41,088 nt of DNA, from assembly GCA_964465415.1 (NCBI GenBank), contig CAYXJH010000002.1:1-41088 (forward strand), in the 5' to 3' direction. Source of the DNA: an uncultured Gemmatimonadaceae bacterium (GTDB lineage Bacteria; Gemmatimonadota; Gemmatimonadetes; Longimicrobiales; RSA9). Positions 9,832-18,869 of this stretch are shown here, one piece after another; the stretch's first letter is position 1; each line of letters starts with the position of its first letter. The position numbers were made by a program, and so were the translations under genes. Under the pieces are notes generated by a model. That model searched no databases. It had not been told where the DNA came from and worked only from the letters and a program-made list of their open reading frames with translations.

Positions 9832-12573
9832 ATGCCCAGCCGCGCGATCCGGATCCTCGTCATCGCCGCGGTCTCCATCGTCATCCTGCTCATCGCGAGC
9901 CGGGCCGCCGCGCGGCTGTACACCGACATCCTGTGGTACGATGAAGTTGGCTACCTGGCCACCTTCTGGACGCGGATCTGGATGGGTCTGGGCGTCCGTG
10001 GCGTGGCCGGCGCGATCGGGGCGGGCATCCTCTTCCTCAACCTGTGGTTCGTCGCCCGCCACATCGGTCCGATCCGCGTCCGCCGCCGTTACGCGAACAT
10101 CGAGATCGCCGAGCGGATCCCACGGCGGCACGTCACCGCCATCACCGCTGCCGTGGCTCTGCTGGGGGGTTGGTGGCTCGCCGCGCTCCAGTTCGGCGAT
10201 GCCGCCGTCCTGAGCGCCGTCAGTTGGATGCGGCACGCCCCCTGGGAGGTGTCGGATCCGCTGTTCGGGCGAGACATCGCCTTCTACGTATTCACCCTGC
10301 CGGTCCTGCGGGACGTCCTGGGCTTCCTTGCCCTGGTCACCATCTGGGCGACCGCGCTCGTCGCGTTCGGTCACGTGATGGGGGGCGGGATCCGGGTCGC
10401 GGACAGCAAGCTCGCCGTCGCTCGACCCGCCCGGCTCCACCTGGCCGTGCTCGCCGCAACCCTGCTCGTCCTGTTTGGCTGCAGGTACTGGCTCGGAACC
10501 TACCTTCTACTGATCGACGGAAGCGGGGTCGGCGGTGCGGCCGGCTACACCGACATCAATGTTCGCCTGCCGGTGTTCCGCGCCATGGCGCTCCTGTCCG
10601 TGGCGGCCGGAGCAGCGGTCATTCACGGTGCGCGGAAGAATACGCTGCTGCCACCGGTCGTGGGGGTCGGGGCGCTCCTGGGCGGTGGTCTCATCCTCGC
10701 CGGCGTATACCCGGCGGTGGTCCAGCGCTTCCAGGTCGAGCCGAACGAGCTGAGCCGCGAAGCTCCCTACATCCGGTGGCACCTCGACTTCACGCGCGAC
10801 GCGTACGCGCTCACGCCGATCCAACGGCAGGTGTTCCCCTATCGGAGGGATGTGCGTCCGTCCGCGGCGTGGATCGAGCCGCTGTTCGATCGCCTCCCGC
10901 TCTGGGACACGGAACCGCTCCAGCGGGCGTTCAACGCGATCCAGAGTCTCCGCGAATACTATTGGTTTCCCGACGCCGACTTCGATCGGTACGGGCCGCC
11001 GGGCAATGAACAGCAGGTGGTGATCGGCGTGCGTGAGTTCCAGCCGGAGGGGTTGGAGCCCGCCAGCAGGACCTGGCAGAGTCTCCACCTGAATCCGCTC
11101 TACATCCGCGGGCGGGGCGCGGTGGTGGCGGCCGCGCGCCCGGGAAGCGAGGACCGGGGCACGCACGAGCTGTGGGTTCGCAACATCGAGCCGATCGAGA
11201 CGGATCCCCGCGCCCCCGAGCCCCTGCGCCTGACCCAGTCCAGCGTCTTTTTCGGGGAGACCATGGATGGGTACGTCGTGGTGATCCCCGGACGGGATGG
11301 CGAGTTCACAGGCCGGGCCGGCTACGATTATCCGCGCGGGATCCCCCTGAGCTCGCTGCTGCGTACCGCCGCGTTCGCCTGGCGTTTCGGCGATGAGACC
11401 CTGTTGTTCGCTCGGGAGATCACGCCAGATAGTCGGATGGTGTTCAGGCGCCCGATCCGGGAACGCGTGCAGGAGATCGCCCCATTCCTCCTCTGGGACA
11501 ACGACCCCCTGCCAGTCGTCTACGAGGGGCGGGTGGTCTGGCTCGTCGACGGGTATACGGTCTCGGATTCCTATCCGCTCGCCCGGGCGGTGGCCGTAGA
11601 CCGCACGCGCATCCGGTACCTGCGAAACTCCGTGAAGGCGGCCATCGACGCGGTTACCGGGGCGGTCGCGTTCTACACCCTGGACAGTGAGGATCCGATT
11701 CTGGCGACCTACGCCCGGATATTCCCCGAGCTGTTCCGCCCGCTGGAGGTCATGCCGGCCGATCTACGGAGGCATCTGCGCTATCCGGAGATCGCGTTGC
11801 TGGCGCAGTCGGAGATCCTGCAGGAGTATCACCTGGAGCGAGTCGAAGCTTTCTACGCCGGGCAGGACATCTGGCAGCGTCCGCAGCAGGCCGGCGCCAC
11901 TGGCGCGCCGGGCACGGTACGGGCCTATCGTCCGGTCCGGGGTCTCATGCCCCTCCCCAGGACCGGAAGCGTCGAATACCTGACCGCCATCCCGTATATC
12001 GCCCGGGGCCGGCAGAACATGACGGCCCTGCTCCTCGCCCGCAACGACGAGTCGCGCTATGGAGAGCTGACCTTGCTGGAGTTTCCTCGCGATCAGCAGG
12101 TGCCAGGCCCGGGGCAGGTACAGGCGATGATCGAGCAGGACCCCATCATCGCGCCCCAGCTCTCCCTCCTGCGCCAGCGAGGCAGTGTCATCGAGATGGG
12201 TAAGCTGAGGGTCCTCCCGCTGGACAGCGCCGTGCTGTACGTTCAGCCCTTCTTTCTGAGCGCGGACGAGAACCCGATCCCGGAGCTGTGGGGCATCGTG
12301 GTGAGTGACGGCCGGGACATTGCGATCGGCGCATCGCTCCGAGCCGCAATGGCCGGGCTGGATATCGGCGAGGCAACCCCGGACGGCCCTGCATTGGACG
12401 GCATGCTGGCCGCCCCGCCGGCCGGCGTGTGGCCGCGGCAGGCTCTCGAGCTGCTGGAGCGGGCCGAAGCCCGACTGAGGGCCGGCGACTGGGGTGGTTA
12501 CGGGCGCGTGCTCGACGAGCTTCGAGCGCTCCTCGAGGATCTGGCCAGGGCGGATGGACTTCCGGAGGCATGA
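9832..12573 (+). CDS. UPF0182 family large membrane protein (function unknown)
   Basis: The ATG at 9832 lies one nt after the upstream TAA. The N-terminus ..RLYTDILWYDEVGY..FWTRIW.. with about 7 hydrophobic segments, followed by a soluble region of about 600 aa, matches my recollection of UPF0182/COG1615. The 5' part of track ORF 9712.. overlaps the previous gene. Confidence 0.75.
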   Translation: MPSRAIRILVIAAVSIVILLIASRAAARLYTDILWYDEVGYLATFWTRIWMGLGVRGVAGAIGAGILFLNLWFVARHIGPIRVRRRYANIEIAERIPRRHVTAITAAVALLGGWWLAALQFGDAAVLSAVSWMRHAPWEVSDPLFGRDIAFYVFTLPVLRDVLGFLALVTIWATALVAFGHVMGGGIRVADSKLAVARPARLHLAVLAATLLVLFGCRYWLGTYLLLIDGSGVGGAAGYTDINVRLPVFRAMALLSVAAGAAVIHGARKNTLLPPVVGVGALLGGGLILAGVYPAVVQRFQVEPNELSREAPYIRWHLDFTRDAYALTPIQRQVFPYRRDVRPSAAWIEPLFDRLPLWDTEPLQRAFNAIQSLREYYWFPDADFDRYGPPGNEQQVVIGVREFQPEGLEPASRTWQSLHLNPLYIRGRGAVVAAARPGSEDRGTHELWVRNIEPIETDPRAPEPLRLTQSSVFFGETMDGYVVVIPGRDGEFTGRAGYDYPRGIPLSSLLRTAAFAWRFGDETLLFAREITPDSRMVFRRPIRERVQEIAPFLLWDNDPLPVVYEGRVVWLVDGYTVSDSYPLARAVAVDRTRIRYLRNSVKAAIDAVTGAVAFYTLDSEDPILATYARIFPELFRPLEVMPADLRRHLRYPEIALLAQSEILQEYHLERVEAFYAGQDIWQRPQQAGATGAPGTVRAYRPVRGLMPLPRTGSVEYLTAIPYIARGRQNMTALLLARNDESRYGELTLLEFPRDQQVPGPGQVQAMIEQDPIIAPQLSLLRQRGSVIEMGKLRVLPLDSAVLYVQPFFLSADENPIPELWGIVVSDGRDIAIGASLRAAMAGLDIGEATPDGPALDGMLAAPPAGVWPRQALELLERAEARLRAGDWGGYGRVLDELRALLEDLARADGLPEA

Positions 12574-12646
12574 TGGGCGGTACGGGTGAATCGGAGCGGC
12601 GCCGGGCCCACGGCGTAGTGGTTTGCCGCGTTCCGAACCGGAGTCT

Positions 12647-13624
12647 ATGATGGCTCGCGGAGACCGAAGGGTGCGAACGATCGTGGTCGCGTTGGGTGGC
12701 AACGCGCTGCAACCGGCCGGGGGCAAGGGCGACATCTACGAACAGTTTGCCCACACCCGGTCCAGTCTCGAGCCGCTCGTGGCGCTGGCGCGTGAGGGGT
12801 GGCGAATCGCCATCGTCCACGGCAATGGACCGCAAATCGGTGACGCGCTGCGTCGCAACGAGATCGCCAGCGCGGTCCTGCCGCCGCTGCCGGTCGGCGT
12901 CCTGGTCGCCAGCACGGAGGGTTGGATCGGTTACATGATCCAGCAATCGTTGCGCAACGCACTGGACCGGTTCGGCGTGAAGCGGGATGTGGCGACACTG
13001 GTGACGCAGGTGGTGGTGGATCCGGACGACCCGCTCACCCACGACCCCGTCAAGCCGATCGGGCGCCCGATGACGGAGGAGGCCGCGAGAAGACTGGCGG
13101 ATGCGGGGATCCCGGTGAAGGAGGGGCCGACGGGCTGGAGGCGACTGATCGCGTCGCCCATTCCGATCAGGATCGTGGAGCACGCACAGATCCGCCGGCT
13201 GCTCGAGGCGGGCACGATCGTGATCGCGGGCGGAGGCGGCGGCTGCCCCGTCTACGTCGATCCGAAGCTCGGGGTGGAGGGGCTGGACGCGGTCATCGAC
13301 AAGGACCGCGCGGCGCAGGTGCTCGGCGGCGACATCGACGCTTCTGCGTTCATGATCCTTACGGACGTGGACGGTGTGTACAGGAGCTTCGGCACGCCCG
13401 ATCAGGAGCTCATCGCGGAGCTCACGATCGCGGAGGCGCGAACGCTGCTCGAATCCGACGAGCTGGGGAAGGGCAGCATGGCGCCGAAGGTCGAAGCGGC
13501 CCTCGCCTTCGTCGAGGCGGGCGGCGAGAGCGCGCACATCGGACGGCTCGACGCCGGCATCGATGTGGTGGAGGGAAGGGCAGGTACGACCATCCGGGCC
13601 GGGCGGGACGACGCTCGGCATTGA
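12647..13624 (+). CDS. arcC: Carbamate kinase
   Basis: Amino-acid kinase fold motifs are present: VVALGGNAL, IVHGNGPQIGD, AGGGGGCPV, KDRAAQVLGGDIDASAFMILTDVDGVY and GSMAPKVEAALAFVEAGG. The start is set at the first ATG (12647; ATG 12650 is equally possible). The track start at 12623 is a TTG. Confidence 0.85.
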   Translation: MMARGDRRVRTIVVALGGNALQPAGGKGDIYEQFAHTRSSLEPLVALAREGWRIAIVHGNGPQIGDALRRNEIASAVLPPLPVGVLVASTEGWIGYMIQQSLRNALDRFGVKRDVATLVTQVVVDPDDPLTHDPVKPIGRPMTEEAARRLADAGIPVKEGPTGWRRLIASPIPIRIVEHAQIRRLLEAGTIVIAGGGGGCPVYVDPKLGVEGLDAVIDKDRAAQVLGGDIDASAFMILTDVDGVYRSFGTPDQELIAELTIAEARTLLESDELGKGSMAPKVEAALAFVEAGGESAHIGRLDAGIDVVEGRAGTTIRAGRDDARH

Positions 13625-13650
13625 CGCAATCGGGAAGGGGTGCGGACAGC

Positions 13651-14790
13651 ATGAACGTACACGAGTACCAGGCCAGGGACATCTTCCGCGAGCACGGCCT
13701 TCCGGTCCCACCGGGAGAGATCGCCACCACGCCGGAGGAGGCCAGGGCCATCGCCGAGAAGTACGGTGGCACCGTAGTGGTGAAGGCCCAGGTCCATGCC
13801 GGCGGTCGAGGCAAGGCAGGCGGGGTCAAGCTGGCGTCCTCGCCGGACGAAGCCATGACCCACGCGCGCAACATCCTGGGCATGGAGATCAAAGGGCTTA
13901 CGGTCGACAAGGTGATGGTCACGCCGGCCGAGGATATCGCCAGTGAGGCCTACGTAGGAGTCATCGTGGACCGCGCCTCGAAGCGACCGGTCTTCATGGT
14001 CAGCCGGGAGGGCGGTGTGGATATCGAAGAGGTCGCTGCCCGCTCGCCCCATGCGATCCGTCGCCTCGCTGTGGATCCGCGCTACGGCCTGCTCCCGTTC
14101 CAGGCGTACTGGCTCGCGGCGAGCCTCTACGACGATGCGAAGCAGCAGCGGGCGACCGCGAAGGCCCTCGTGCAACTGTATGCGGCCTTCATTGCCAGCG
14201 GTGCATCCCTCGCGGAGATCAATCCCCTGATCACGACCCCGGCGGGGGAGGTGAAGGCCATCGATGCCAAGATGAACATCGATGACAACGAGTTGTTCCG
14301 TCGCGACACCATCGCCGGCCTGCGAGACACCTCGGCCGAGCCGCCATCGGAAACGAAGGCACGGGACGCCGACCTGACCTACATCAAGCTGGACGGGAAC
14401 ATCGGCGCTGTGGTCAACGGTGCCGGCCTCGCAATGGCGACCATGGACCTCATCAAGTTCTATGGGGGTGACCCGGCGAACTTCCTCGATATCGGCGGCT
14501 CTTCGAGTCCGGAGAAGGTGATAGCCGCGCTCGACATCATCACGAGTGATCCTGCGGTGAAGGTCATCCTCTTCAACATCTTCGGCGGCATCACCCGCTG
14601 TGATGACGTGGCCAACGGCATCGTGACGGCGCTGCAACAGATGGATTTCAAGCTGCCGCTGGTGATCCGTCTCACCGGCACCAATGAGGAGGCGGGCGTA
14701 CGGATCCTGGAAGAAGCCGGCATCAGCGCGTCCACGTCGATGGATGACGTCGTGCAGCGCGCCGTGGCCGTCGCAGGTGGCGACGCGTGA
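13651..14790 (+). CDS. sucC: Succinyl-CoA synthetase (ADP-forming) beta subunit
   Basis: The ATG at 13651 gives [41 protein letters not shown] and ..[17 protein letters not shown]... The 243 codons upstream in track ORF 12922.. overlap arcC and are Arg/Gly-rich read-through. Confidence 0.95.
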   Translation: MNVHEYQARDIFREHGLPVPPGEIATTPEEARAIAEKYGGTVVVKAQVHAGGRGKAGGVKLASSPDEAMTHARNILGMEIKGLTVDKVMVTPAEDIASEAYVGVIVDRASKRPVFMVSREGGVDIEEVAARSPHAIRRLAVDPRYGLLPFQAYWLAASLYDDAKQQRATAKALVQLYAAFIASGASLAEINPLITTPAGEVKAIDAKMNIDDNELFRRDTIAGLRDTSAEPPSETKARDADLTYIKLDGNIGAVVNGAGLAMATMDLIKFYGGDPANFLDIGGSSSPEKVIAALDIITSDPAVKVILFNIFGGITRCDDVANGIVTALQQMDFKLPLVIRLTGTNEEAGVRILEEAGISASTSMDDVVQRAVAVAGGDA

Positions 14791-14846
14791 GTCCGCCTCG
14801 CGACCTGCCCCAACCTTGTCTCGCACACGGATAATCGAATCTACCC

Positions 14847-15725
14847 ATGGCGATCTTCATCGATACCGAAACCCGCCTTGTCGTCCAGGGCATCACGGGC
14901 CGGGATGGCGCGTTCCACACGCAACAGATGCTGGAGTACGGCACGCAGGTGGTGGCGGGGGTGACACCCGGCAAAGGCGGCCAGACCTTCGATCAGGGGC
15001 CGCGCCCCGTCCCGATCTTCGACAACATGGATCAGGCCGTCCGTGAGACCGGCGCCAATGCCAGCGTCATCTACGTGCCGCCGGCGTTCGCGGCCGACGC
15101 GATCATGGAGGCGGCCGAGTCGGGAGTCGCGTTCATCGCCGCGATCACGGAGGGGATTCCGGTCCTGGACATGACGCGCGTCTTTCCCTACGTCCGCGAA
15201 CGGGGAGCCCGCCTGCTCGGGCCGAACTGCCCTGGCGCGTTGTCTCCCGGGAAAGCCAAGGTCGGGATCATGCCCGGCTCCATCGTGCGTGAAGGGAGCG
15301 TTGGGGTCGTCTCTCGCTCCGGTACCCTGACCTACGAGGTCGTTTACCTCCTGACCCAGGCGGGCATAGGGCAATCGACCTGCGTCGGGATCGGCGGCGA
15401 CCCGATCATCGGCACCAACTTCATCGATGTTCTGGAAGCTTTCGAGGCGGATCCCGAGACCGAGGCCGTGGTCATGATCGGCGAGATCGGCGGTACGGAC
15501 GAACAGGACGCCGCCGAATTCGTCAAGAAGAGCATGACGAAGCCCGTGGTCGGGTTCATCGCCGGGCAGACCGCGCCGCCGGGGCGCCGGATGGGCCATG
15601 CCGGGGCGATCATCAGCGGGTCCGCCGGCACCGCCGACGAGAAGATGCGGGCGTTCGAGGACAACGGCATCGCCGTCATGAAGAGGCCGTCGGACGTCGT
15701 CGAGCTCGTCAGCGCGGTCGCCTGA
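14847..15725 (+). CDS. sucD: Succinyl-CoA synthetase alpha subunit
   Basis: It has [43 protein letters not shown] and the catalytic His loop [11 protein letters not shown]. Confidence 0.95.
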   Translation: MAIFIDTETRLVVQGITGRDGAFHTQQMLEYGTQVVAGVTPGKGGQTFDQGPRPVPIFDNMDQAVRETGANASVIYVPPAFAADAIMEAAESGVAFIAAITEGIPVLDMTRVFPYVRERGARLLGPNCPGALSPGKAKVGIMPGSIVREGSVGVVSRSGTLTYEVVYLLTQAGIGQSTCVGIGGDPIIGTNFIDVLEAFEADPETEAVVMIGEIGGTDEQDAAEFVKKSMTKPVVGFIAGQTAPPGRRMGHAGAIISGSAGTADEKMRAFEDNGIAVMKRPSDVVELVSAVA

Positions 15726-15734
15726 GCCGTCCCA

Positions 15735-16616
15735 ATGGACCTGCTGGACCTCCTTCCGGCCGACCACGTGGTCGTTCCCCTGCGAGCGCCGAACGTGCGG
15801 GACGCCATCCGGCAGGTGCTGGAGCGGCTCGTCGAGGCCGGTGCCGTGGTGCGCTCCGAAGCGCTCGAGCAGCGGATCATGCACGGAGCCCTGCGGGAAG
15901 CGATCGCGGTGAACGATGACGTGGTCATTCCGCACTACCGCTCCGATAGCGTGAAGTCGCTGGTTATCGGCCTCGGGATCGCGCCCGACCCGATCCCGGC
16001 GGACGACCCGGCCCTGGACATCCAACCCAGGATCGTGGCGCTGGTTCTGGCGCCCCAGGACGCGCCCGGCAGCTACCTCCGCACCACGTCGACCCTCGCC
16101 CGGTTGCTGCGCCAGCCGGAGGTGGTCAACATGATGGCCCGCCAGCCGGACGCGGCCGCCGTCCTTGCGCTGCCCCCGCTCCAGGACCTCCACATCAGGC
16201 CCAGCCTGGCCGTGCGTGACGTCATGGTCCACCGCGTGCATTCGGTGGCGCCAGACGCGACGTTGGGCGAGGTGATGACCCTCATGCTGCGGCGCCGACT
16301 ACGAGCCGTTCCGGTCGTCGGGCCCAAGGGCGAGGTGCTGGGCATGGTGACGGACTCCGACCTCATGCGCACCCTTCTCCCTCAGATCCCCAGGGCGGAA
16401 GATGAACATGCGACGCCCGTAACCGTCGCCGACCGCCCGGCTCGCGACATCATGACCCGGTCCGTCCTCTGCGTGTCCGAGGACCTGGGCATCGGGGAGG
16501 TGGCCAGCATGATGATCAACAAGGACGTGGAGCAGGTGCCCGTCGTCTCCGCTGGGGCCATCACCGGGATGGTGGCGCGCGGGGACATCATCCGTAAACT
16601 CTTCGCCTCACACTGA
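15735..16616 (+). CDS. PTS EIIA(type 2/Ntr)-like domain fused to a CBS-domain pair (putative regulatory protein)
   Basis: The N-terminal part of about 145 aa (LLPADHVVVPL..RDAIRQVLERL...VVIPHYRSD..LVIGLG..) resembles PtsN/EIIA-2, including an IPH motif. The C-terminal half has two CBS-like repeats (VRDVMVHRVHSV.. LRAVPVVGPKGEVLGMVTDSDL; ARDIMTRSVLCV.. EQVPVVSAGAITGMVARGDII). Confidence 0.6.
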   Translation: MDLLDLLPADHVVVPLRAPNVRDAIRQVLERLVEAGAVVRSEALEQRIMHGALREAIAVNDDVVIPHYRSDSVKSLVIGLGIAPDPIPADDPALDIQPRIVALVLAPQDAPGSYLRTTSTLARLLRQPEVVNMMARQPDAAAVLALPPLQDLHIRPSLAVRDVMVHRVHSVAPDATLGEVMTLMLRRRLRAVPVVGPKGEVLGMVTDSDLMRTLLPQIPRAEDEHATPVTVADRPARDIMTRSVLCVSEDLGIGEVASMMINKDVEQVPVVSAGAITGMVARGDIIRKLFASH

Positions 16617-16630
16617 CCAGCGATCTCTCA

Positions 16631-17053
16631 ATGGAACATACCCTCGCCATCATCAAGCCCGACGCCGTGGAACGCTCCGTGACCGGCCGCATCCTGGGTC
16701 ACCTCGAGGAAGCGGGCTTCCGGATTCGTGCCATCCGGTCCATGCGTCTCACCGAGGCCCAGGCCCGCGAGTTCTACGCCGTCCACCGTGAACGACCCTT
16801 CTACGAGTCGCTCGTCCGCTTCATGACCTCCGGACCTGTCTTCCCGGTCCTCCTCGAGCGGGACGACGCCGTGGCGCACCTTCGCCGCGTGATCGGGGCC
16901 ACCGACCCCGCCGAGGCCGAGGCCGGGACCGTCCGAGCTCTCTATGCCGAGTCCAAGGAGCGGAATTCGATCCACGCATCCGACGGCGCCGAAACCGCGG
17001 CGAGGGAGAGCAGGTTCTTCTTCTCCGAGAGCGATGAGCTGGGCTCCCACTGA
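16631..17053 (+). CDS. ndk: Nucleoside diphosphate kinase
   Basis: The 140-aa product has TLAIIKPDAV, FYAVHRERPFY, GATDP and the active-site NSIHASD. Confidence 0.95.
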   Translation: MEHTLAIIKPDAVERSVTGRILGHLEEAGFRIRAIRSMRLTEAQAREFYAVHRERPFYESLVRFMTSGPVFPVLLERDDAVAHLRRVIGATDPAEAEAGTVRALYAESKERNSIHASDGAETAARESRFFFSESDELGSH

Positions 17054-17172
17054 TCGGACCGAACCGGATCCGGGCTCGTTCGCCACATAGGTCGTCAGGC
17101 GGCCGGGGCTCGTTAACGGGTGGTGCCGGGTTGCATTGACAGGCATCCAACCGGTCCCGATCTTTATAAGTT

Positions 17173-17682
17173 ATGCTTGTTGTCGACCTGACCCGGCTAC
17201 AACGCGAGGGTCGAGCCCGGATCGATGTAGACGTCGCGGTCGATGACCCGTTCTGGCAGGAAACCGACCTGGAGCCGGCCGCGCCACTGGAGGTCCGGCT
17301 CGAGGCGCAGCAGGCAGGGGTCGATGTGGTGGTTCGCGGTCAGATCGCCGGGGCGTTCGCCCTCGAATGTCGACGCTGTCTCGAGCCCGTGACCGGGAGG
17401 TTGGAGGAGGAGGTGGGGCTCCTGTATCGAGCGGGCACGGAGGATCTGGAAGACGAGCCTCCGGACGTATTACCACTTCCGCGCAGCGGTACGCTGGACG
17501 TGACGGTACCGGTGCGCGAACACGTGCTGGTCGCGGTCCCCAGGTACGTGCATTGCCGGGCGGATTGCCGTGGGTTGTGCCCGACGTGCGGGGCGAACCG
17601 GAACGAGGCCGAGTGCGGGTGCGCCTCGGAGAACGTGGACGAACGCTGGGCGCCACTGCGGCAGCTCAGGGTGGACGAGTAG
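17173..17682 (+). CDS. yceD: YceD/DUF177 family protein (23S rRNA accumulation protein)
   Basis: The 169-aa acidic protein has a C-terminal Cys cluster (CRADCRGLCPTCGANRNEAECGC). It sits in the conserved position immediately upstream of rpmF-plsX. Confidence 0.85.
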   Translation: MLVVDLTRLQREGRARIDVDVAVDDPFWQETDLEPAAPLEVRLEAQQAGVDVVVRGQIAGAFALECRRCLEPVTGRLEEEVGLLYRAGTEDLEDEPPDVLPLPRSGTLDVTVPVREHVLVAVPRYVHCRADCRGLCPTCGANRNEAECGCASENVDERWAPLRQLRVDE

Positions 17683-17691
17683 GAGGACAGG

Positions 17692-17874
17692 ATGGCCGTA
17701 CCGAAGAAGAAGGTATCGAAGCAGCGCAAGCGCAAGCGGCGGACGCACCACAAGGCGCCGGTGCCGACGCTGGGCGCGTGCGCGAACTGCGGCGACCCTA
17801 AGCTTCCGCACCGGGTATGCCCGACGTGCGGGACGTACAAGGGGGAGCAGGTCGTCGAAGTCGAAGAACTGTAG
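17692..17874 (+). CDS. rpmF: 50S ribosomal protein L32
   Basis: The product is [44 protein letters not shown] strong SD (AGGAGG) lies upstream of the ATG at 17692. Confidence 0.95.
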   Translation: MAVPKKKVSKQRKRKRRTHHKAPVPTLGACANCGDPKLPHRVCPTCGTYKGEQVVEVEEL

Positions 17875-17888
17875 CCGGGGGCGCAGCG

Positions 17889-18869
17889 TTGCGCATCGCC
17901 ATCGACGCCATGGGCACGGACCGCCACCCCGCGGTGGAGGTGGAAGGTGCGCTCGCCGCACTGCGGCAACTGCCCGATGATTTCCGGGTGGTGCTGGTAG
18001 GGGACCGGGACCGGATCCTGAGCGAGCTGGGTCGGCTCGGCCAGGCGGAGAGCGATCGCCTGTCGATCGTGAACGCGACGCAACGGATCCAGCCGGGTGA
18101 AGCGCCGGCCGCGGCGGTGCGGCGGAAGCCGGACTCATCGATCGTGGTAGGGCTCAACCTGGAGAAGGCGGGCGACGTGGACGCGTTCGTGAGCGCCGGC
18201 TCGACGGGCGCGGTCATGGCGGCGTCCTTGTTCATCCTCCGGCCGTTGGCCGGCGTGGACCGCCCCGCCGTGGCGACGATGCTGCCGACCTCCGCGGGCC
18301 CGCTGGTCATGCTGGATGCGGGGGCGAACGTGGATTGCCGACCGGCGCACCTGGTGCAGTTCGCGCGCCTGGGCGCGATCTATGCCCACGACGTGCTGGG
18401 TCGCGAAGCGCCGCGGGTCGGATTGCTGAACATCGGCGAGGAGCCCGAGAAAGGCAACGAGCTGTCGGTCGAGACATACCGCCGCCTGCAGGATAGTGAC
18501 CTCAACTTCATCGGCAACGTCGAGGGCCGCCAGATCATCGAGGGCGTGTGCGACGTGCTGGTCACGGACGGTTTCGTCGGGAACGTGCTTCTCAAGTTCT
18601 ACGAAAGCGTCGCCGGCTTCGTGTTCGGCCTGCTGAGCCAGGAGCTGACGGACGGCGGCGATGCGAAGATCGGGCGCGTCAGCCGCATGCTGGACTACGC
18701 CGAGTACGGCGGAGCTCCGCTTCTGGGCGTGAACGGCATCTCCATCATCTGTCACGGGGGCTCGCCGCCCCGCGCCATCACGAACGCGATCAAGGCAGCT
18801 GTCACGGCGGCCGACGCTCACATGGTCGGCCACATGCGCCACGAGGTTGGGACCCACGCGGATCTATGA
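17889..18869 (+). CDS. plsX: Phosphate acyltransferase PlsX
   Basis: It has LRIAIDAMGTDRHP (the IAxDAMGGD motif), SAGSTGAVMA and NIGEEPEKGN. The start is uncertain. I chose the in-frame TTG at 17889, 15 nt after the rpmF stop. The track ATG at 17817 would overlap rpmF by 58 nt and add a non-conserved Arg/Gly leader. Confidence 0.88.
   Translation: MRIAIDAMGTDRHPAVEVEGALAALRQLPDDFRVVLVGDRDRILSELGRLGQAESDRLSIVNATQRIQPGEAPAAAVRRKPDSSIVVGLNLEKAGDVDAFVSAGSTGAVMAASLFILRPLAGVDRPAVATMLPTSAGPLVMLDAGANVDCRPAHLVQFARLGAIYAHDVLGREAPRVGLLNIGEEPEKGNELSVETYRRLQDSDLNFIGNVEGRQIIEGVCDVLVTDGFVGNVLLKFYESVAGFVFGLLSQELTDGGDAKIGRVSRMLDYAEYGGAPLLGVNGISIICHGGSPPRAITNAIKAAVTAADAHMVGHMRHEVGTHADL

Noticed and set aside
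12922-13650. 5' extensions of track ORFs, where the real gene starts far downstream. Examples are 296-481 (nuoH), 1716-1838 (nuoI), 1994-2335 (nuoJ), 9712-9831, 12922-13650 (sucC), 18548-18865 (fabH), 27409-27618 (pyrG), 29133-29300 (kdsA), 30070-30183, 30618-30770 and 38511-38768 (flippase-like, minus strand).
   Set aside because: The extensions overlap the preceding well-supported gene in another frame and translate to Arg/Gly-rich junk. Each is followed by an internal start codon that sits exactly at the upstream stop and matches the conserved family N-terminus.
17064-17114. A 10-bp palindrome CCGGATCCGG (17064-17073), and a 9-nt direct repeat GGGCTCGTT (17072-17080 and 17106-17114) downstream of ndk.
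   Set aside because: They are short and widely spaced (34 nt) and have no associated structure or motif I recognise. They could be chance or a weak terminator or operator, and there is not enough here to call.
17136-17170. TTGACA (17136-17141) and TATAAG (17165-17170) in the ndk-yceD spacer looked like a sigma-70 promoter for the yceD-rpmF-fab operon.
   Set aside because: The spacing between the hexamers is 23 nt, where the optimum is 17±1. The TATAAG ends only 2 nt before the yceD ATG, too close for a normal transcription start. A promoter probably exists in this 119-nt gap, but I cannot place it from sequence alone.
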